Shown here in pieces: positions 1 to 9,530 of a stretch of 64,000 nt of DNA. This DNA comes from a bacterium. GTDB taxonomy: Bacteria > UBP6 > UBA1177. The notes below the pieces were generated by a model. That model saw only the letters and a program-made list of their open reading frames with translations. It ran no database searches and was not told the origin of the DNA. Within the stretch, counting starts at the first letter, position 1, and each line of letters begins with the position of its first letter. Position numbers and translations under genes: made by a program. Location: NCBI GenBank assembly GCA_017538365.1, contig JAFYIZ010000012.1, positions 60,920 to 124,919 on the forward strand. The letters run 5' to 3'.

Positions 1-2
1 AC

Positions 3-119
3 AATTACGAAGAAACCAAAAATCTTACCGTCGCTGAACAAGCGGCTCACTATAAAGCCAAAGCTGAAGCATTCTTAAAAGAAGCTGGCATTACCCCGAA
101 GTCAAAGGCGGAATCATGA
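3..119 (+). CDS. 3' end of an upstream gene truncated by the window start (…NYEETKNLTVAEQAAHYKAKAEAFLKEAGITPKSKAES*). Product unknown.
   Basis: Open frame from the window start to a TGA at 117-119, followed by a hairpin plus T-run. Confidence 0.3.
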   Translation, partial: NYEETKNLTVAEQAAHYKAKAEAFLKEAGITPKSKAES

Positions 120-156
120 TGGCTTCTTAGCCTAAGCAACGGATTCACTTTTTAAA

Positions 157-184
157 GGGGGGCTTATCAGCCCTCTTTTTTTTG
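157..184 (+). terminator. Putative rho-independent terminator (ggggct-tatc-agccc stem followed by a T9 run)
   Basis: GC stem-loop immediately followed by ttttttttt, downstream of the partial + strand CDS. Confidence 0.45.
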
Positions 185-422
185 CCTCGGACTCCCGAAA
201 ATTTGACTCTTTTTGAAAGAAGACTACCATTTTTGAGCCTGCCCGGTGCGTGAGCTTGGGGCGTTAGAAGTTTTTTCCTATTTAAATTTTGGGGTTTGTA
301 CTTACTACCGTGAAAGTTGATCGGTTCGGCTTTCCCCACCTGTGAGCACAGGATAAAGCTTGTTTCGGGCCACGGCTGCGGCGGGTTTCTTCTTTTTTCC
401 TGAAAATTCAGAGATTTTTAGA

Positions 423-2102
423 TTACTGCTTTTTCGAGCCTTTTTTCTGACTTACCAAATGTGTGTAGAGCGTCCTTCTTATCTTTTTAGTAGAAGTTTT
501 CTGGAATTCTTCGGGGTGAATCCTGATTTCCGAAATTTTTGCATACGCAGGAAGTGTTTCGTTAAGTTCCTCGCGGTTCTGCTTCATGATTTCTGCAAGC
601 TGTTCTTCCGTTACGTTTTCAGCTTTCATCTTGTCGTAATCCGGGTGAACAAACGCTATGAGTCTCCCTTTGCCGCCGTCAAGAACGAGCGATTCGCTTA
701 CAAACGGCATGTAGTTGATCTTGAGTTCGATCTCTTCGGGATAGATGTTCTGCCCTGATGCGGAAAGGATCATGTTTTTCAGTCTGCCGCAGATAAAGAG
801 GAATCCGTCTTTGTCGATCCTGCCGAGGTCGCCGGTGTGAAGCCATCCGTCGCTGTCGAGAACTTCGGCGGTTTCCTTCTCCATTTTGTAGTAGCCGCTC
901 ATTATATTTTCACCTTTGACACAGATTTCGCCTATTCCCTTTTTGTCGGGATTGTCGATTTTTGCGGTGAGGTAGGTCATGATTTTTCCGCAGCTGCCGA
1001 TTTTGCGGTTGTCGGCGTAGTCGGTGTATGCGATAAGCGGCGCGCACTCGGTCATGCCGTATCCGGTCGTGAACCTGACACCGGCTTTGAGAAGAAACGA
1101 CTCGATTTTCGGGTTGAAAGCGGCTCCGCCGGAAATGACTTCGTAGCACTTTCCGCCGAAGAAATCGCTGATCCCCTTCCCTATTTTTTTCATTATTATC
1201 TGCCTGATGCCGGGAATCGCCATCAAAATCCTCATTTTCTTGGTTTCAAGCAGCGGACGGATCTTTGAAGTGTAGATTTTTTCAAGGATGAGCGGCACCG
1301 AAATGACTAAAAACGGCTGAACTTCGCTGAAAGCCCTGATGAGAACTTTCGGAGTCGGCGTTTTGCTCATAAAAACGATGTGAAGACCTCTTGCAACCTG
1401 AAGAAGGAAGTCGAAAGCGCAGCCGAAACAGTGAGCCAGCGGCAGAAACGAAACCATTGCGTCGCCGCCTTTCGGAAGCGAATCAATGGCATACTGAATG
1501 TTCGCCATAAGGCAGTTGTGCGAAATCATGACACCTTTTGAAAATCCGGTCGTTCCGGAAGTGTAGACTATTGTTGCGATGTTGGTTTTAGCAGGAATCT
1601 CAAAAACGAGAGTTTCTTTCGTCACGCTCTGCGTTTCAGCAAATTTCTTAACAATTTCCGCAACTTTTTCATTAAGATTTTCTTCTTTTGAAAATGTGAC
1701 CGACATATCTTCGAGTTTGAAAACCGCTTCGACATCAGGAAACTGCGCAAAATCGAGCTTTTCTATGATAAGTTCAGAAACGAAAAAGAGCTTTGAATCG
1801 GAGTGATTGACAAGATGATGAATCTCTTCAGCCGTAAAATCGTTGAGAAGCGGAACAATGACCGCTCCGTAAGTCACGGTTGCCAGATAAGTTACAGCCC
1901 AGTTCGCCGAATTTTTGCCGCAGAGAGCGATTTTGTCGCCTTTTTTTATGCCGAGGCTTTTGAATATTTCATGCAACTCTTTTATTTTATTGGCTGTTTC
2001 ACCGAAAGTAACGGGTTCTGAGCCGTAATCGCTGAAACACGGCTTATCCCAGTTAAGTTTAAAGGAATCTTCAAAAACTTTTACGAGATCTTCTTTCAAC
2101 AT
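423..2102 (-). CDS. AMP-dependent acyl-CoA synthetase/ligase (long-chain-fatty-acid--CoA-ligase-like)
   Basis: AMP-binding signature TSGTTGFSKGVMISH. Size 559 aa. GGAGGGG RBS 5 nt upstream of the second in-frame ATG at 2102. Confidence 0.85.
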   Translation of the reverse strand: MLKEDLVKVFEDSFKLNWDKPCFSDYGSEPVTFGETANKIKELHEIFKSLGIKKGDKIALCGKNSANWAVTYLATVTYGAVIVPLLNDFTAEEIHHLVNHSDSKLFFVSELIIEKLDFAQFPDVEAVFKLEDMSVTFSKEENLNEKVAEIVKKFAETQSVTKETLVFEIPAKTNIATIVYTSGTTGFSKGVMISHNCLMANIQYAIDSLPKGGDAMVSFLPLAHCFGCAFDFLLQVARGLHIVFMSKTPTPKVLIRAFSEVQPFLVISVPLILEKIYTSKIRPLLETKKMRILMAIPGIRQIIMKKIGKGISDFFGGKCYEVISGGAAFNPKIESFLLKAGVRFTTGYGMTECAPLIAYTDYADNRKIGSCGKIMTYLTAKIDNPDKKGIGEICVKGENIMSGYYKMEKETAEVLDSDGWLHTGDLGRIDKDGFLFICGRLKNMILSASGQNIYPEEIELKINYMPFVSESLVLDGGKGRLIAFVHPDYDKMKAENVTEEQLAEIMKQNREELNETLPAYAKISEIRIHPEEFQKTSTKKIRRTLYTHLVSQKKGSKKQ

Positions 2103-2242
2103 TTTCCCCTCCGGAAGCAAAAAACGTGTGAAAAATAGCCTTTTTAAGGCTTCGTGTCAATAAAGTTTCCCTTTTAAAACTGGACAAAAGAGCCTCTTCC
2201 TATATTATGCCGCGTTTTATTAAGTTTTTTTGTCAAAGTGCC

Positions 2243-3589
2243 ATGAAAAAAATTATTTTTTCAGTTTTATCACTGATTTTACTGGTTGTTTTCGTTTCAT
2301 GCGAAGATTCCACCCTTCCAGATCTTCCCGATATGGAAGAATCAATGGATGTCGATGCTTTTGAAATAAGCGATGAAAAAACTGCTGACGATTCAGATCA
2401 GACTCACGCAAACGACAGCGGCGAACCGGCTGATGACGGCAATGAAACAAACCTTCCCGATGACAACCCGACGGAAAATCCCGACGAAACGCCCGATGAA
2501 GAGGAACCCGAACCTGTAATAAAGTCAGCTCACCTTCTTGTCGCGACTGTCGGCGGATATGATGTTCCGATGAGCGGCCACGTTTACTATGCAGAAAACG
2601 AAAGCCTCACTGACGGATTAAAGGAAATACCGGTTGAAGGCGGTATGGGAAGTGATGACGGCGCCGATCTCAACGTCGCAGCTTTTGCAGATGGTTTCAC
2701 TGTCATTGGAAGACACGATTCCTCTTCTCTTTATTTTTTTGACGACAATTTCGAGTTTGAGCAGGAAATAAAAGTAAAACCGGACACTTACATCAACATG
2801 CAGGATATGGTTTTTAACCCGTTCAAGAACGAATTCATCGTTTCTGCTCTAAATTCCGACGCTTTCGATTCCAAAACAACTTTCTCAAATAAGATCTTTA
2901 TTTTCAAAAAAAATTCACCTGAAACCGCCGCAACGCTGGAAATAAGTGACAACGAGTCGGCAAGCCCGGCAAAAATGAAAGTTGTCGGCAAAAAACTGTT
3001 TGTTGCTCTGCAGAACCTCGAGAACAACACTTCGGCAAAAGGCGAGATCGCGGTCGTTGACCTTGAAGATTATTCAGTCGAAAGAATAACTCTTCCGACA
3101 ACCAACCCGACAGGAAAAATCGAATACAACAAAAATGTTGATAAAAACCACATCTATCTTACGACGACCGGCAACTGGAAACAGGGTGACGGTGCACTTT
3201 TGCAAGTAAATATCGACACTTACGAAGTTAAAAAAGTTCTCAGTGAGTCAGAAGAGGAAAACAATATTTTAGACGGCGATTTTGTTGATCTCTCTATTGC
3301 CGATAACGGTAATTTCTTCATAATTTTTTCAAACAACATCCTTTACAACGACAACAGCCTGCTGCTTTACAAACCGAACGAAGGCAAGATTTCAAAAATA
3401 GATTCTGGTATCAACGCCTTTGCGGCAAATCCGATTGACTACAGCTCGGTCAGCGGAAGAGTTTACTACTTTGTCGATGAAAAATCGGACACATATCTGA
3501 AGGCTCTCGACAGCGAAAGTTACGAAGAGATGAAACTCCTTTTAGACTACGGCCCAGCCGCTTTAAGAGTAAAATACGATTACAAGTGA
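2243..3589 (+). CDS. Hypothetical lipoprotein with an acidic D/E/P-rich N-terminal low-complexity region
   Basis: Lipoprotein signal MKKIIFSVLSLILLVVFVSC. Acidic linker PDETPDEEEPEP. Start taken at the internal ATG preceding the signal peptide. Confidence 0.6.
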   Translation: MKKIIFSVLSLILLVVFVSCEDSTLPDLPDMEESMDVDAFEISDEKTADDSDQTHANDSGEPADDGNETNLPDDNPTENPDETPDEEEPEPVIKSAHLLVATVGGYDVPMSGHVYYAENESLTDGLKEIPVEGGMGSDDGADLNVAAFADGFTVIGRHDSSSLYFFDDNFEFEQEIKVKPDTYINMQDMVFNPFKNEFIVSALNSDAFDSKTTFSNKIFIFKKNSPETAATLEISDNESASPAKMKVVGKKLFVALQNLENNTSAKGEIAVVDLEDYSVERITLPTTNPTGKIEYNKNVDKNHIYLTTTGNWKQGDGALLQVNIDTYEVKKVLSESEEENNILDGDFVDLSIADNGNFFIIFSNNILYNDNSLLLYKPNEGKISKIDSGINAFAANPIDYSSVSGRVYYFVDEKSDTYLKALDSESYEEMKLLLDYGPAALRVKYDYK

Positions 3590-3595
3590 GGCAAT

Positions 3596-5170
3596 ATGAA
3601 AACAGTAAACGGAAACGACTTAACGATTGAAGATCTCTGCGCCGTTGCGTGCGGAAACGAAAAAGTTCAACTTCCAGAAGACAAAAAATTCTGGGAAACT
3701 TTGGAAAGATCGCGCAAATTTTTGGAAGATTACGTCAAAACCGGTGTTCCGGTATACGGCGTCACGACTGATTTCGGCGACAGCTGCAACAACCAGATAA
3801 GCGTTGACAAAGCGGGAGAACTTCAGCGGACGATCTGCACTTACCACGGTATCGGCGTAGGCCCGAAATTCGATCACACGACAGGGAGAGCCGTTGTTCT
3901 GGCGCGTCTCAACAGCAACGTGAAAGGCGGGCACTCGGCAATACGTCCCGAACTTGCAAAAATGTTAGTCACTCTGCTCAATAAAGACATAATCCCGGTG
4001 ATCCCGCAGCTCGGTTCTGTCGGTGCATCGGGTGATCTCACACCTTTGAGCTACCTTGCGGCAGTAGTCATGGGAGAGCGCGACGTCTACTACAAAGGAA
4101 AGATCGTTCCCGCTTCTGTTGCTCTTAAAGCAGAAAACATAAAACCGCTTCCTATCGAAGCAAAAGAGGGACTGGCGCTTATGAACGGAACGAGTGTTAT
4201 GACTGCAGTTGCAGCTTTAGCTTGGAAAAAAGCGGAAAGACTCGCTAAAATATCGGATTTTTTGACCTCGGTAACTTCCGAGATAACCCGCGGCAAAGAT
4301 ACTCCTTTCGCAGCAAAAGTAAGCGAAATGAAAAACCACCGCGGACAGTGCGATTCAGCCGCATACATCCGTGAAGTGATCAAAGATTCAAAGCGCGTTT
4401 TCAGATACGAGGATTTCCTCAAAAGCAATATCGATTCGATCGAAAACAAAGGCTTCATCAAGCAGCAGAATAAAATTCAGGACAGATACTCCATCCGCTG
4501 CGCGCCGCAGATTACAGGCGTTTACCGCGACACACTGCGCTTTGCGAGAGACCTGATAACCGAAGAACTCAACTCTTCGAATGACAATCCGCTCGTTGAT
4601 ATCGAAAGCGGACGCATTTTCAATACCGGAAATTTCTACGGCGGCCACATCTGCGCGGCGTGCGATTACCTTAGGACAGCACTTGCCAATATCGCAGACC
4701 TCTCGGACAAACAGGCGGAAGTCATTATCGACGGAAAATTCAACGGGCTCACTGAAAACCTGATCCCGTTCACGCCTGAAGACCATCCTCGGGCAGGCTT
4801 AAGACTCGGCTTTAAGGCAGTCCAGATAACGATAAGCGCGATCCGCGGAGAAGTCGTCACATACTCATTCCCAGTCAGCATCACGAGCGCACCGACCGAA
4901 GCTCTCAATCAGGACAAAGTTTCGATGGGAACGATCTCGGCACGCAAGCTTGCAGAGCAGATAGACCTCGTTTTCCTGCAGTTCGCAGCGCATCTTCTTG
5001 CCGCAATGCAGGCAGTCGACCTTGCCGGAAAGGATGAATTTTCATCATTCACCCGCAAAGTCCATGATGAAGTCCGCAGAATCAGCGCATTCGTTGAAGA
5101 TGACCGCGCTTTGGATAAAGAAGCGGAAGCTCTCGCAGAGTGGTTGAAAACAACTGGGATTTTTGGGTAA
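3596..5170 (+). CDS. Aromatic amino-acid ammonia-lyase family protein (HAL/PAL/TAL/aminomutase family, MIO cofactor)
   Basis: GSVGASGDLTPLSYLA with the Ala-Ser-Gly MIO-forming triad. Full-length 524 aa. YH at the substrate-selectivity switch where HAL has SH. Confidence 0.85.
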   Translation: MKTVNGNDLTIEDLCAVACGNEKVQLPEDKKFWETLERSRKFLEDYVKTGVPVYGVTTDFGDSCNNQISVDKAGELQRTICTYHGIGVGPKFDHTTGRAVVLARLNSNVKGGHSAIRPELAKMLVTLLNKDIIPVIPQLGSVGASGDLTPLSYLAAVVMGERDVYYKGKIVPASVALKAENIKPLPIEAKEGLALMNGTSVMTAVAALAWKKAERLAKISDFLTSVTSEITRGKDTPFAAKVSEMKNHRGQCDSAAYIREVIKDSKRVFRYEDFLKSNIDSIENKGFIKQQNKIQDRYSIRCAPQITGVYRDTLRFARDLITEELNSSNDNPLVDIESGRIFNTGNFYGGHICAACDYLRTALANIADLSDKQAEVIIDGKFNGLTENLIPFTPEDHPRAGLRLGFKAVQITISAIRGEVVTYSFPVSITSAPTEALNQDKVSMGTISARKLAEQIDLVFLQFAAHLLAAMQAVDLAGKDEFSSFTRKVHDEVRRISAFVEDDRALDKEAEALAEWLKTTGIFG

Positions 5171-5396
5171 ACGTAGAGATGTTTCACTAAATGTCTCAAA
5201 ATTTAAAGAATTTATAATTTTTAGTTTGCTTTTAATTAAAAAATGCATACAATGACTAGACGATTTTTTTGATGAGTTTATTAGATGCCTTGGAATTATA
5301 TTGACAAATATCTGAAACATAGAATAGAAAACTTTGATTTTCATAAATCATCAACTATGTCGACAAAAAGAATTAAAACATTAAAGGAATGGGAAA

Positions 5397-6515
5397 ATGC
5401 CCGTAAAAGATTTGCATGCACACCCTTTTGATGAGGGAACTATCACCAAACTCGAAATATTTGAAAATTATGCCAAAGAATGGCTGCCTACTTTTATTAT
5501 GAGTTATCCAAACAAAGATTTATGGATGTTCGACTTTTTTGCTGGAACAGGCAAAGATCAGAATGGAGTTGCCGGCACTCCCATTCGCTTGTTACAACAA
5601 GTTAAAAGCCAGGCTGGCAACATTTTCAATCAAAAATGTAAAATCAATATTTGTTTGAACGAACTCGATGAAAACAAGTTTAATTCTATGCAAATATGCT
5701 GTGACGAGTTTGTACATAGTAATAATGAATTGCTAAGACTCTATGATAAATATTTATTTCTTCACTATCGTAATGGTGATTTTGCCGAACTTTTTCCTAA
5801 GACATTAGATACTATAAAAGAAAACCCTTCCCTGCTGTTTCTTGACCAAAACGGAATGAAATTTCTGGCTGATAAATATATTATGAATTTAGAAAGCTTG
5901 CCACATACAGATTTCTTGTATTTTTTATCTTCCTCATATGTTTTGAGATTTGGGAATACTCCTGAGTTTCAGACAAATTTAAGGTTGGACATGGAAAAAA
6001 TAAAGGAGAATCCATACAAGTATGTTCACAAAAACATTCTTGAGCAACTAAAAAACAAATTACCCAATGATTCTGATCTAAAATTATATCCTTTCACAAT
6101 CAAAAAAGGAGCAAATATTTATGGTATAATTTTTGGAGCAAAACATCCATTGGCAGTTGACAAATTTCTCAAAACTGCTTGGAATAAAAACAACATCAAT
6201 GGAGAAGCCAACTTTGATATTGATGAAGACAATAAAAAATGTCAATTGACTATATTTGGAGAAAAACCTTTGACAAAAATAGAAGGTTTCCAACAGCGGT
6301 TGCGAGAATTGATACTGAACGGAGATATAAAAACCAATCGTGAAGCTTATGATTACACAATTTCTCAAGGACACATTGACAAACATGCGGCTGAAGAAAT
6401 TTCAAAAATGAAAAAAGAAGGACTTATAGATTTTGAAGGAAGAACTCCTTTGGTAAACTATGAACAAACATATAAAAACAAGCGAATAATAACATTCCAG
6501 GTAATAAAAAAATGA
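5397..6515 (+). CDS. Hypothetical protein, putative three-Cys-motif partner protein (TcmP-like). N-terminus carries a DFFAGTG Rossmann-like motif.
   Basis: 372 aa. AT-rich codon usage. ATGA overlap with the downstream DUF5131 gene. The pairing with a Gp37/Gp68 protein is the basis of the TcmP guess. Confidence 0.45.
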   Translation: MPVKDLHAHPFDEGTITKLEIFENYAKEWLPTFIMSYPNKDLWMFDFFAGTGKDQNGVAGTPIRLLQQVKSQAGNIFNQKCKINICLNELDENKFNSMQICCDEFVHSNNELLRLYDKYLFLHYRNGDFAELFPKTLDTIKENPSLLFLDQNGMKFLADKYIMNLESLPHTDFLYFLSSSYVLRFGNTPEFQTNLRLDMEKIKENPYKYVHKNILEQLKNKLPNDSDLKLYPFTIKKGANIYGIIFGAKHPLAVDKFLKTAWNKNNINGEANFDIDEDNKKCQLTIFGEKPLTKIEGFQQRLRELILNGDIKTNREAYDYTISQGHIDKHAAEEISKMKKEGLIDFEGRTPLVNYEQTYKNKRIITFQVIKK

Positions 6516-7237
6516 AAACGACAAAAATAGAATGGACTGATAAAACATGGAATCCTGTTACAGGATGCACCAAGATTTCGCAGGGATGCGTTCATTGCTA
6601 CGCCGAAACGATGACCCGCCGACTTAATGCAATGGGATTGGAGAAATACGCAAACGGATTCAATGTCACTCTGCATGAAGATTGTCTATCCGAACCATTG
6701 GCATGGAAACAACCTCACACCATTTTTGTTTGTTCAATGAGTGACTTGTTTCACAAGGATGTTCCTTTTGAATTTATAAACAAGGTTATGGAAACCATAC
6801 GTATGACACCTCAGCACCGTTATCAGCTATTGACCAAACGGGCGGAACGCATGGCTGAATACTTTCTATCACATGATATTCCGCAGAACGCATGGTTGGG
6901 AGTTACAGTTGAAGTTCAATCCTCTAAATCCAGAATAGAATCTCTGCGCTCACTTGACGCACCTATCCGCTTTCTCTCTTGCGAGCCTTTGATCGAAGAT
7001 TTGGGAACTTTGAATTTGGAGAACATTGACTGGGTTATTGTAGGAGGGGAAAGCGGACCGCAAGCAAGACCTATGAAAGAAGAGTGGGTAAAATCAATAA
7101 AAGAACAAGCCGAACGTCAGGGATCAGCCTTTTTCTTCAAACAATGGGGCACCTGGGGCAGCGACGGTATCAAAAGAAACAAACACAAAAACGGAAAACT
7201 GATTGACGGAAAAATTTTTCAGGCAATGCCGGCTTAA
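6512..7237 (+). CDS. Phage protein Gp37/Gp68 family (DUF5131) three-Cys-motif protein
   Basis: N-terminus MKTTKIEWTDKTWNPVTGCTKISQGCVHCYAE matches the family hallmark (IEWTD..WNP..GC..S.GC..CYA). 241 aa. Confidence 0.7.
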   Translation: MKTTKIEWTDKTWNPVTGCTKISQGCVHCYAETMTRRLNAMGLEKYANGFNVTLHEDCLSEPLAWKQPHTIFVCSMSDLFHKDVPFEFINKVMETIRMTPQHRYQLLTKRAERMAEYFLSHDIPQNAWLGVTVEVQSSKSRIESLRSLDAPIRFLSCEPLIEDLGTLNLENIDWVIVGGESGPQARPMKEEWVKSIKEQAERQGSAFFFKQWGTWGSDGIKRNKHKNGKLIDGKIFQAMPA

Positions 7238-7451
7238 ACTTCATTTCGAATAAATCTTACTGGAATTGACAGATGTTTACACCTCAAAAGCCTTAAAATT
7301 TCTCGCAAGACTTCTTAGCGGTTTCCGCCTCGTTGCTTGGGATTTTCACAAGTAAAACATGACTTTTTAAGTTGTTTTTTAAGAAAAACTAAAGATAATC
7401 TCACGGCGTTTTGTAACGATAGGGTTAAACCAAAAATTTGAGGGGCAAAAC

Positions 7452-9530
7452 ATGGATTTAAAAGACATTTTAAAGGATAGCAACTACAGTCTTGATCAAT
7501 TTGATAAAGAAAAAATCCTGAAATTAGAGCAAAAAATCAAAGAAAAAGAAGTCAAAGGCATAATAACTCCCTATGTCAACTGTATCGTTAGGAATAAAGA
7601 GATAAAACTTACTCCTGAAGAAATTGTCCGCCAACTTTATCTCATGGTTTTAATTGAAAATTTTCATTATCCTGTTTCAAGGATGGATGTTGAATATGTG
7701 GTTACTTTCGGCAGAGATAAAAAGCGTGCCGATATTGTCATTTTCGATAAGGATCAAACCTACACTCCATATATTGTTGTTGAGCTGAAAAGTCCTAAAT
7801 TGAAAGACGGCAAAGAACAGCTTAAAAGCTATTGCAACGCCACAGGCGCACCGATCGGTGTTTGGACAAACGGCAACAGTATTTCTTACTATCACCGCAA
7901 AGACCCGAATTTCTTTGAGGATATTCCGATCATTCCAACAGCCGAAGAAAAGCTTTCGGACATATTGAGCGAGCGTTGGCTTATCGATGATTTGGTGAAG
8001 AAAGACAAACTGGTCAATGAGCGAAAATCGCTGAAAGACTTAATTTTGGAAATGGAAGACGAAGTCCTTGCCAATGCCGGTGTCGATGTCTTTGAAGAGG
8101 TTTTCAAGCTGATTTTCACAAAATTATATGATGAAATGGAAAGTGGTCGAAAGAAAGACCGCCATTTGCAGTTCCGTAATTATGGTGACACTGAAACCGA
8201 ACTGAAAGAGAAGCTTCAAAACCTTTTCAACGAAGCCAAGGAAAAGTGGTCTGGTGTTTTCTCTGACGATGCAAAACTGATGCTCACGCCTTCGCATTTG
8301 TCGGTTTGCGTTAGTTCCCTGCAGGATGTGAAACTTTTCAACTCGAATTTGGATGTGGTCGATGAAGCTTTTGAATACTTGATAAACAAAAGCAGCAAGG
8401 GTGAAAAAGGTCAATATTTTACACCTCGCTATGTTATCGATATGTGTGTGCGGATGCTGAATCCTTCGGAAAAGGAAACAATGATTGATACTGCTGCGGG
8501 CAGTTGCGGTTTTCCTGTACACACAATTTTCTATGTTTGGCAAAAGATTTTAGAAAGCAAGGGACTTAAAAAGAGCCATCTTTTCACTTTGGAACAAAAG
8601 CCGGCAGAATGCACTGATTATGTGCAGAATAAAGTGTTTGCCATTGATTTTGACGAAAAAGCTGTGCGTGTTGCAAGAACCTTAAACCTGATCGCAGGTG
8701 ATGGACAAACTAATGTAATGCATCTCAACACTTTAGATTATGAGCGTTGGGACGAAAATCTGAAAGACGAGAATTGGCAGGAAACTTATATCGATGGTTG
8801 GAATAAATTAAAGAAAATGCGTGCCAACAAAAACAGCAATCGTGATTTTCAATTTGATGTTTTAATGGCGAATCCTCCATTTGCTGGAGATATAAAAGAA
8901 AGCCGCATTTTATCAAAATATGAACTTAGCAAAAATGCAGCAGGTAAAATGGCTAGCAAGGTTGGGCGCGACATTCTTTTCATTGAACGCAATCTTGACT
9001 TCCTGAAACCAGGCGGACGCATGGCTATTGTTTTGCCGCAAGGCCGTTTTAACAACAGCAGTGATAAATACATCCGAGATTATATTGCCGAGCGTTGCCG
9101 CATTTTGGCAGTTGTTGGTTTGCACGGAAATGTGTTCAAACCGCACACTGGAACAAAAACAAGCGTATTGTTTGTGCAGAAATGGGATGAATTGCTTTGC
9201 CCCAAGAAAGATGATTATCCGATTTTCTTTGCCACCATGCAGGAGCCGAGTAAGGATAACAGCGGAGAAAAGATTTTCGTCAAAAAAGGCGATTATCCGC
9301 CAGCACAAAAACCGATTTATGATGTTTATAGCAAAAACCAAGACACCGGTCCTTGCGATCCTCTTCCACGTTATGAGGCCTCGCCCAAAGAAAACAACGA
9401 ATATTTGTTGGATTCACATGGCCATTTGATAGTAAAACACGACCTTTTCAATCACGATGGTTTGACCAAAGACGGAATCGCTGAAGCCTTTGCCGAATTT
9501 GCCAAAAAGGAGGGGCTAAGTTTTTTTTGA
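7452..9530 (+). CDS. Restriction-modification enzyme, BcgI-like A subunit: N-terminal PD-(D/E)xK nuclease domain fused to an N6-adenine DNA methyltransferase
   Basis: N-terminus RADIVIFD…YIVVELKSPK (D…ExK). Methyltransferase motif IV LMANPPFAGDI and a motif I-like DTAAGSCGF. 692 aa. Confidence 0.75.
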   Translation: MDLKDILKDSNYSLDQFDKEKILKLEQKIKEKEVKGIITPYVNCIVRNKEIKLTPEEIVRQLYLMVLIENFHYPVSRMDVEYVVTFGRDKKRADIVIFDKDQTYTPYIVVELKSPKLKDGKEQLKSYCNATGAPIGVWTNGNSISYYHRKDPNFFEDIPIIPTAEEKLSDILSERWLIDDLVKKDKLVNERKSLKDLILEMEDEVLANAGVDVFEEVFKLIFTKLYDEMESGRKKDRHLQFRNYGDTETELKEKLQNLFNEAKEKWSGVFSDDAKLMLTPSHLSVCVSSLQDVKLFNSNLDVVDEAFEYLINKSSKGEKGQYFTPRYVIDMCVRMLNPSEKETMIDTAAGSCGFPVHTIFYVWQKILESKGLKKSHLFTLEQKPAECTDYVQNKVFAIDFDEKAVRVARTLNLIAGDGQTNVMHLNTLDYERWDENLKDENWQETYIDGWNKLKKMRANKNSNRDFQFDVLMANPPFAGDIKESRILSKYELSKNAAGKMASKVGRDILFIERNLDFLKPGGRMAIVLPQGRFNNSSDKYIRDYIAERCRILAVVGLHGNVFKPHTGTKTSVLFVQKWDELLCPKKDDYPIFFATMQEPSKDNSGEKIFVKKGDYPPAQKPIYDVYSKNQDTGPCDPLPRYEASPKENNEYLLDSHGHLIVKHDLFNHDGLTKDGIAEAFAEFAKKEGLSFF

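Noticed and set aside
183-420. Looked for a tRNA or tmRNA in the long non-coding stretch
   Set aside because: No T-loop (GTTCRANYC) or acceptor-stem pairing pattern is recognisable.
360-2021. Plus-strand ORFs 360-758, 837-1268, 1579-1806 and 1803-2021 overlapping the acyl-CoA ligase gene
   Set aside because: They lie antisense to a well-supported 559-aa AMP-binding enzyme. They have low-complexity or odd composition and no RBS, so they are spurious.
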